A DNA stretch of 64,000 nt, taken from NCBI GenBank assembly GCA_016876035.1, contig VGOE01000001.1, positions 27,264 through 91,263 on the forward strand. Reading direction: 5' to 3'. This DNA is from Chloroflexota bacterium (GTDB lineage Bacteria > Chloroflexota > Dehalococcoidia > UBA2247 > RBG-13-53-26). The notes beneath the pieces were generated by a model. The model was not told the DNA's origin, did not search any database, and saw nothing but the letters and a program-made list of their open reading frames with translations. The translations under genes and the position numbers were made by a program. Below are positions 58,636-64,000 of the stretch, in pieces. Numbering within the stretch: position 1 is the first letter of the stretch; the number at the start of each line of letters is the position of its first letter.

Positions 58636-59688
58636 CTATATACCCTGTTCAGTGCGCTGCAAATATGAGGATGCCAGATCTCCAAAAGACATTTTCCTAT
58701 AGTCGAGGGCGACCATGGTTTCCATGGACTGGATGCCTGGGATGGGGCCCAGTTCTTCTGCTAAGAAGTCAGATAGGCCTATCGGGCCTGGAAACATCGT
58801 CTCAACAATGACATCATAGCGACCAGTCACTCGGATCAAGGACCATACGTTGGGCAGAGTCTGAACCTTATCCATGACTGTATCGATATCTCCCGGTGAG
58901 ACTTTGATACCTACCATACCGAAGGTGCGATACCCCAGATGGAGCGGGCTGGCAAAGGCAACGACCTTTGTAATCTGCTTATCCAGAAGCCTCTGTAGTC
59001 TGGCAGATGCATTGGCCCAACTTATGCCAAGCTTCTTGGCTAAATGCGACACCGCCTGGCGACCGTCCTCTTCCAGCTCCTGAAGAATCCTCAAATCAAG
59101 TTGGTCAATGCTGAGGCCTGAGTCCTGGTCTCTTTGTTGAGCCTGAGGAGCCTTCTGTTCTTGTCGATCGCGCCAGGGCTCTGAATGAGAGGAGAGCGCG
59201 TCTGAGAAAGACATGATTCTCCAGTTATGGGAATGCGGTGGTGACAAGCAGACGCGCCATTCGATGACCATCATTGTTTCGGCGGATTGAATGCCGGGGA
59301 TGCTACCCAATTCCCTGGCCAAGAAGATGGAAAGATCCGACGCGTTGGCAAACATGCTCCAGATAATGATATCTTGCCAGCCAGCGGCTATGGTCACCAG
59401 TTTCACATTCGGGATGTCCCGCAGCCTGTCGCTAACGCTACGCAGCTTTGCCGGTGATACCTGGATTCCTGTTAGCGCCATAAGTCGGTATCCCAAAGCC
59501 AAAGGGTTGGCAAAGGCTGTGATCCTGGTGATCTTCCGATCCAGGAGTCTTTGCAGCCTTTTGCAAGCATAGGTCTCACTGATTCCAAGTTCTCTGGCGA
59601 AATGTGATGCAGGTAGTCTACCATTGGATCGGATCTCCTTCAGAATCTTCAGATCAATGACATCCAAATTGGCGTCCATTTTCACCAC
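58636..59688 (-). CDS. Lrp/AsnC-family regulator with tandem HTH plus RAM units. It is a paralog of 5226..6257.
   Basis: Two HTH_AsnC-like segments are present (LDVIDLKILKEIRSNGRLPASHFARELGISET and LDLRILQELEEDGRQAVSHLAKKLGISWAN). Confidence 0.7.
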   Translation of the reverse strand: MVKMDANLDVIDLKILKEIRSNGRLPASHFARELGISETYACKRLQRLLDRKITRITAFANPLALGYRLMALTGIQVSPAKLRSVSDRLRDIPNVKLVTIAAGWQDIIIWSMFANASDLSIFLARELGSIPGIQSAETMMVIEWRVCLSPPHSHNWRIMSFSDALSSHSEPWRDRQEQKAPQAQQRDQDSGLSIDQLDLRILQELEEDGRQAVSHLAKKLGISWANASARLQRLLDKQITKVVAFASPLHLGYRTFGMVGIKVSPGDIDTVMDKVQTLPNVWSLIRVTGRYDVIVETMFPGPIGLSDFLAEELGPIPGIQSMETMVALDYRKMSFGDLASSYLQRTEQGI

Positions 59689-60094
59689 GGTTCAGTCTCC
59701 GTCGTATTCCTGGCAGCGCTGCCAATATCATCGATTGGGAGTTTCTACCCTACCGGTGAAAGGCATTCAGCCTCTATCAGCACTGCATATTATAGCCTGG
59801 TGTGACTAGCATTTGTCAATGGGCTGGTGATGAAACATAATACAAGTTGGCATATTTCGTCAATAACTATAAGATGATGTGGCACAATGATCGATATTAC
59901 TACACACCTTCACGCTTATCCATTGACAAATGACTCTTCCGATGATACAATAACACGCCGTCTAAACTTCTCAATGGGAGGCTATCAAGCGAGGTGATGC
60001 CTTCGCTGATTGCTCCAATAAAAAATCCGGCGTTCCAGAACGGCATTCCAAGTTCAGCTAGGGTGGCTGAGGATCGAAAGGAGATAACCACAGA

Positions 60095-60520
60095 ATGAAA
60101 GTAGAGAGGATTGATCATGTTCACGTCTACGTCAAGAACGTGGATAAGGCTGTTGAGCTTTTCGGGCCGCTCCTGGGCAAGGATTTCTACCTTGTTGTCG
60201 AAGTTCCTGAATCCGGTGCCCGCGTTGCTCTCAACCCCCTGCACCTGGAGTTCATCCAGCCTACTGATCCAGAGGGCATGACCGCCAAAGCCTTGGAAAC
60301 ATCAGGCTCCTGGGAGGAGGGGGGTATCTGTATCTCTCTAAAAGTGCCAGACATCGAAAGAGCGACTGCTGAAATGGAATCGAAGGGTATCAAGGTGCTT
60401 GCCAGCATGCAGGTAGGGAAGCTAAGGGAGGTGGCCTTTGACAGTGCCAAGACCTTCGGGGTGATGATCGAGCTATGCGAATATCCAGGTGATGATATTA
60501 CGCTGGCTGCCATGGGCTGA
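60095..60520 (+). CDS. VOC-family protein (glyoxalase fold), methylmalonyl-CoA epimerase-like.
   Basis: MKVERIDHVHVYVKNVDKAVELFGPLLG...LEFIQPTDP...GVMIELCEYPGDD has the MCE-like pattern. It is a paralog of 63457..63870. Confidence 0.7.
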   Translation: MKVERIDHVHVYVKNVDKAVELFGPLLGKDFYLVVEVPESGARVALNPLHLEFIQPTDPEGMTAKALETSGSWEEGGICISLKVPDIERATAEMESKGIKVLASMQVGKLREVAFDSAKTFGVMIELCEYPGDDITLAAMG

Positions 60521-60557
60521 TAGAGTCTAAGTACACGATCAGAAAGAAAGGAGAGCC

Positions 60558-61412
60558 GTGATCCTAGACAAGTTCAAGCTAACGGACAAGGTGGCCATAG
60601 TCACTGGAGCTGGGACAGGCCTGGGCCGGGGAATGTCTCTGGCCTTTGCCGATGCTGGTGCCCATGTGGTCTGTGCAGCGCGAGGCGTGGAGGCACTGGA
60701 GGCCACAGCGAAGGAGGTCCGGGCCCGGAAGAGAAAGGCGCTGGTTGTGCCTACTGATGTGACGAAAACGGACCAGATAGACAATCTGGTGAGCAGAACT
60801 ATGAAGGAATTTGGGCGGATAGATATCCTGGTCAATAACTCTGGAGGAGCTTATTTCATCAAGACTATGGACCTCACTGAGGGGGAATGGGAGGGATTCA
60901 TTCGTTTGAACCTGAGCAGCGTTTTGCTGATGAGCAAGGCTGTAGCCAAGGTGATGGCGGAGCAGAAGAGGGGCAATATTATCAACATCTCTTCTCAGGC
61001 CTCCGTTGGGGTGGCCAAGCACGTTTCCTACTCCGCTGCCAAGGCAGGCATCATATCGCTTACCCGGGCCCTGGCTTGGGAGTGGGCCTCTTACAACATT
61101 CGGGTGAACTGCATTGCCCCTGGTCCCGTGGTTCATGAGAGGACCAAGGAGTTTTTCAGCATGATGCCGGAGGAAGTGAACACGGCTGCCCTTTGCATCA
61201 AGCGGCTCGGCACTGCGGAAGATGTGGCTGCTGCTGCGGTGTACCTTGCCTCGGACGCTTCAGAGTGGGTCACCGCCCAGACCATGAATATAGACGGCGG
61301 GCAGCGCTGCGGCTATACCTATGATGATCAGGTGGTTGACATGATGGTGGCCTACGCCAGGCCATTCTACTGGGGGGAGGCAGGGCCACCGGGATCACAG
61401 TGGAAAGGGTAA
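60558..61412 (+). CDS. SDR-family oxidoreductase.
   Basis: It has a GTG start. The Rossmann motif is VAIVTGAGTGLGRGMS. NNSGG is present. The YxxxK motif is SYSAAKAG. Confidence 0.85.
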   Translation: MILDKFKLTDKVAIVTGAGTGLGRGMSLAFADAGAHVVCAARGVEALEATAKEVRARKRKALVVPTDVTKTDQIDNLVSRTMKEFGRIDILVNNSGGAYFIKTMDLTEGEWEGFIRLNLSSVLLMSKAVAKVMAEQKRGNIINISSQASVGVAKHVSYSAAKAGIISLTRALAWEWASYNIRVNCIAPGPVVHERTKEFFSMMPEEVNTAALCIKRLGTAEDVAAAAVYLASDASEWVTAQTMNIDGGQRCGYTYDDQVVDMMVAYARPFYWGEAGPPGSQWKG

Positions 61413-61422
61413 GAAAAGGGGC

Positions 61423-63417
61423 ATGATGCCAGACAAGAATCCATTCTTCCCAAGGCTATTCTCTCCTGGTCGCATCGGAGAAATGGAACTGAGGAACCTG
61501 ATTGTCATGCCGCCAATGGGAACCGGGCATGGCAGCACCGAAGGATACGTCACCGAGAAACTGATGGACTACTACGAGGCACGAGCCAAAGGGGGCGTTG
61601 GGTTAGTGATTATTGAAGTGACGTGCGTTGATGCTACCACCGGCATGGATATGCGCGGTCGGCTGGTGGTGGATGATGACAAGTTCGTGCCGGGCCTGAG
61701 CCAGTTGGCTGAGGCTATCCACAGACACGGAGCCAAGACAGCCTTACAGCTACACCATGGTGGAAGAGTGGCCAAGTCAGCGCTAACTGGCAGGCAGCCT
61801 GTAGCGCCTTCGGCGATCCCCATGCCAAGCAGTGGGTGGGCATGGGAAAACCCTGAAGTGCCCAGGGAACTGACCATTGCCGAGATCAAGCAACTGGTGA
61901 ACAAGTACGCCGAGGCAGCACAACGCGCCAAGAAGGCGGGATTTGATGCCGTGGACATCCATGCCCAGGGTCTTTACCTTCCGGCCCAATTTCTATCTGC
62001 CGCCTCAAATAAGCGCCAGGACGAGTATGGGGGTGAGCTAAAGAACAGGGCCAGGTTTCTCCTTGAAATCATAAGAGCCATCAAAGAGTCAGCGGGGCAG
62101 CACTTCCCGGTGATAGTCAGGCTGAACTGGGTGGAGTTCGGCATAGAGGGTGAATTCACTTTTGACGAGTGCCTTCAGGTAGCCCAGATGATCCAGCAGG
62201 CAGGTGCCGATGCTATCCGCGGTTATATTGCTGGATGGGGTATGCCTGACCTATCACAGGTGACAGATCCAGCGGAGTTTCAAGCATTCCTGTCACTGTC
62301 CATGGAGGAGCCGCCAAACAGCCAGGCCTTCTTTACAGACAGGATTAAGAAACATGTGACTATGCCGGTAATAGCAGGGTCGAGGATCACCCCCGAAATC
62401 GGGGAAATGATGCTACGGGAGAACAGGGCTGACTTCATCGCCATAGGCAGAGGCTTGATCACTGACCCGGATTGGGCCAAGAAAGCTGCCTCTGGCAAAA
62501 CAGATGAAATCGTGCCGTGCATAGCCTGCATGCGCTGTGTCAACACTGCCCTGACTGAGGCTAACATGCAATGCTCAGTAAACCCGGCCGTGAGCCGGGA
62601 GCGGGAATATGAGATCAAGCCAGCGGCCAGACAGAAGAAGGTGGTAGTGGTAGGCGGCGGCCCCGGTGGTATGGAGGCGGCCAGGGTGGCGGCGCTGAGG
62701 GGGCACCGGGTAACGCTGTACGAGAAACAGCCCCAGCTTGGCGGGCAACTGCTTCTGGCAACGGTGCCACCGCACAAGAACAACCTGGCTCCTTTAGCAG
62801 GTTACCTTTCAACGCAGATGGAGAAGCGCGGCGTCAAGGTCAACCTTGGCGTTGAGGCCACGCCAGAGCTAATAGAGAAGGCTAAACCAGACGCAGTTAT
62901 CCTGGCCACAGGTGCAAGTCCCTTCGTTCCAGACATCCAGGGCATTAGGCGGAGCAGTGTGTTTACTGCTGAGCAGGTTTTACAAGGCCAGCTGGTAGGA
63001 GAGAAGGTTGTTGTCATTGGGGGTGAGCTGGTGGGATGCGAAACTGCGGATTTCCTGGCAGAGATGGGTAAGAAGGTTACCATAACGAGGAGGGGGCCGA
63101 AGATGGCCACCCGAATCGGGCCAGGGGTCAGAGAGATGCTTCTGGGAAGGCTGGCTGCTCTTGGAGTGACCATGCTAACTGGTGTTGAATATGAGGAATT
63201 GACAGACAAGGGTTTGGTCATCACCACCAAGGACGGGGGAAAACAGACCATTGAAGCAGATATCATAGTTCTGGCTGCCGGCGCCAGGCCGAACAGGAAG
63301 CTTCTACAAGCGCTGGAGGGGAAGGTTCCTGAGATTTACAGCATTGGCGACTCCGTTGAGCCAAGGAGAATAGCGGAGGCCGTGGCTGAAGGCTATCAGG
63401 CTGCGCTGAAGCTCTGA
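61423..63417 (+). CDS. OYE-type NADH:flavin oxidoreductase fused to an FAD/NAD(P)-binding domain (dienoyl-CoA or enoate reductase-like). It is a paralog of 16917..18866.
   Basis: The OYE N-terminus reads LFSPGRIGEMELRNLIVMPPMGTGHGS. The Rossmann motif is KKVVVVGGGPGGMEAARVAA. Confidence 0.8.
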   Translation: MMPDKNPFFPRLFSPGRIGEMELRNLIVMPPMGTGHGSTEGYVTEKLMDYYEARAKGGVGLVIIEVTCVDATTGMDMRGRLVVDDDKFVPGLSQLAEAIHRHGAKTALQLHHGGRVAKSALTGRQPVAPSAIPMPSSGWAWENPEVPRELTIAEIKQLVNKYAEAAQRAKKAGFDAVDIHAQGLYLPAQFLSAASNKRQDEYGGELKNRARFLLEIIRAIKESAGQHFPVIVRLNWVEFGIEGEFTFDECLQVAQMIQQAGADAIRGYIAGWGMPDLSQVTDPAEFQAFLSLSMEEPPNSQAFFTDRIKKHVTMPVIAGSRITPEIGEMMLRENRADFIAIGRGLITDPDWAKKAASGKTDEIVPCIACMRCVNTALTEANMQCSVNPAVSREREYEIKPAARQKKVVVVGGGPGGMEAARVAALRGHRVTLYEKQPQLGGQLLLATVPPHKNNLAPLAGYLSTQMEKRGVKVNLGVEATPELIEKAKPDAVILATGASPFVPDIQGIRRSSVFTAEQVLQGQLVGEKVVVIGGELVGCETADFLAEMGKKVTITRRGPKMATRIGPGVREMLLGRLAALGVTMLTGVEYEELTDKGLVITTKDGGKQTIEADIIVLAAGARPNRKLLQALEGKVPEIYSIGDSVEPRRIAEAVAEGYQAALKL

Positions 63418-63456
63418 ATGTGCGCTTCTAATTAACGCAAGGAGGTAAAAGGGCCG

Positions 63457-63870
63457 ATGAAAGTTGAGAGGATCGATCATTTTCATGCCTATGCTAAGGA
63501 TGTAGATGCGGCCGCCAATCTCTTCGGGGAGTTGTTTGGAACGGAATTCGATCCGCCCTGGGTGTCGGATGAATGGGGCTGCAAGGTGCGCTTTCACCGA
63601 TTGGGCTTCGAATTCATTCAACCAACAGACCCAAACGGGCTAATAGCACAAGCACTGGCAAATCGAAAAGAAGGCGTGATCTGCATCTCGCTGAAGGTGC
63701 CTAACATGGAGGAGGCGATTGCCGAGATGGAGTCCCGAGGCATCAAGCTGCTGCATCTGTTTCAGGTGGGGCAAAACAAGGAGGCGACCTTCGACTATGC
63801 AAACACCTTTGGGTTGCAGATCGAACTTTGTGAATATCCAGGTGACGACATCCAGGCTGCATCCTTGTAG
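63457..63870 (+). CDS. VOC-family protein, methylmalonyl-CoA epimerase-like (second copy).
   Basis: MKVERIDHFHAYAKDVDAAANLFGELFG...FEFIQPTDP...GLQIELCEYPGDD is present. An AAGGAGGT RBS lies upstream. Confidence 0.7.
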   Translation: MKVERIDHFHAYAKDVDAAANLFGELFGTEFDPPWVSDEWGCKVRFHRLGFEFIQPTDPNGLIAQALANRKEGVICISLKVPNMEEAIAEMESRGIKLLHLFQVGQNKEATFDYANTFGLQIELCEYPGDDIQAASL

Positions 63871-64000
63871 CAACAGACTGTGTGATATGTCTCAAAATAT
63901 GTTGAAGCCTGCCTGGGTAAGAACTGATTTCAGAAAATCCGACAAATGAATTAGTCCGAATAGTCAGAGGGGGTGGAATCCTATGCCAGTGTGAGATATG

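Overview
The window splits into three parts. I cannot assign a taxon from sequence alone.

1. Positions 1 to about 25,600 are core anaerobic metabolism. They hold an HdrD-like CCG-domain iron-sulfur protein and an HdrA-MvhD fusion that reads through an in-frame TGA, so it is a likely selenoprotein. They also hold a CoA-transferase, a secreted CocE/NonD-type hydrolase with a collagen-like Gly-X-Y repeat and a C-terminal membrane anchor, an ABC substrate-binding protein and a nitronate monooxygenase. A long minus-strand cluster follows: activase, ferredoxin, acyl-CoA mutase catalytic subunit, OYE-type reductase, EtfA, EtfB, acyl-CoA dehydrogenase and MarR. The part ends with an ECF sigma/anti-sigma locus that shows a decayed tandem duplication.

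2. Positions 26,110 to 48,227 look like an integrated island of about 22 kb in an initiator-type tRNA-Met. A 45-nt copy of the tRNA 3' half at 26,110-26,154 directly repeats the intact tRNA at 48,153-48,227. The island has a frameshifted tyrosine integrase beside the tRNA, an excisionase-like HTH gene and a zinc-finger/Toprim primase. It also has a TGACA-type iteron cluster, a small tyrosine recombinase and a P-loop/HTH ATPase. Its cargo is a tightly packed eight-gene minus-strand operon. That operon joins a BREX-like set (DUF499/BrxC-like ATPase, stand-alone PglZ domain, DUF1156-type DNA methyltransferase) to a Cas4/AddB-like iron-sulfur nuclease and a long prokaryotic Argonaute. A second cargo is an HExxH putative metallopeptidase gene pair.

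3. Positions 48,255 to 64,000 hold a 23S rRNA gene on the minus strand, with no 16S or 5S in the window. After it come a frameshifted RHH gene, a flavin reductase, a deacetylase-family protein and a Pif1-family helicase with a C-terminal WYL domain. The window ends with a catabolic cluster carrying paralogous VOC (epimerase-like), SDR and OYE-type reductase modules plus a tandem-Lrp regulator.

The most interesting candidate is the composite pAgo + Cas4-like + BREX-like operon on a tRNA-integrated element. I could not run any homology search. All domain calls rest on recognised motifs and should be confirmed with HMM searches.
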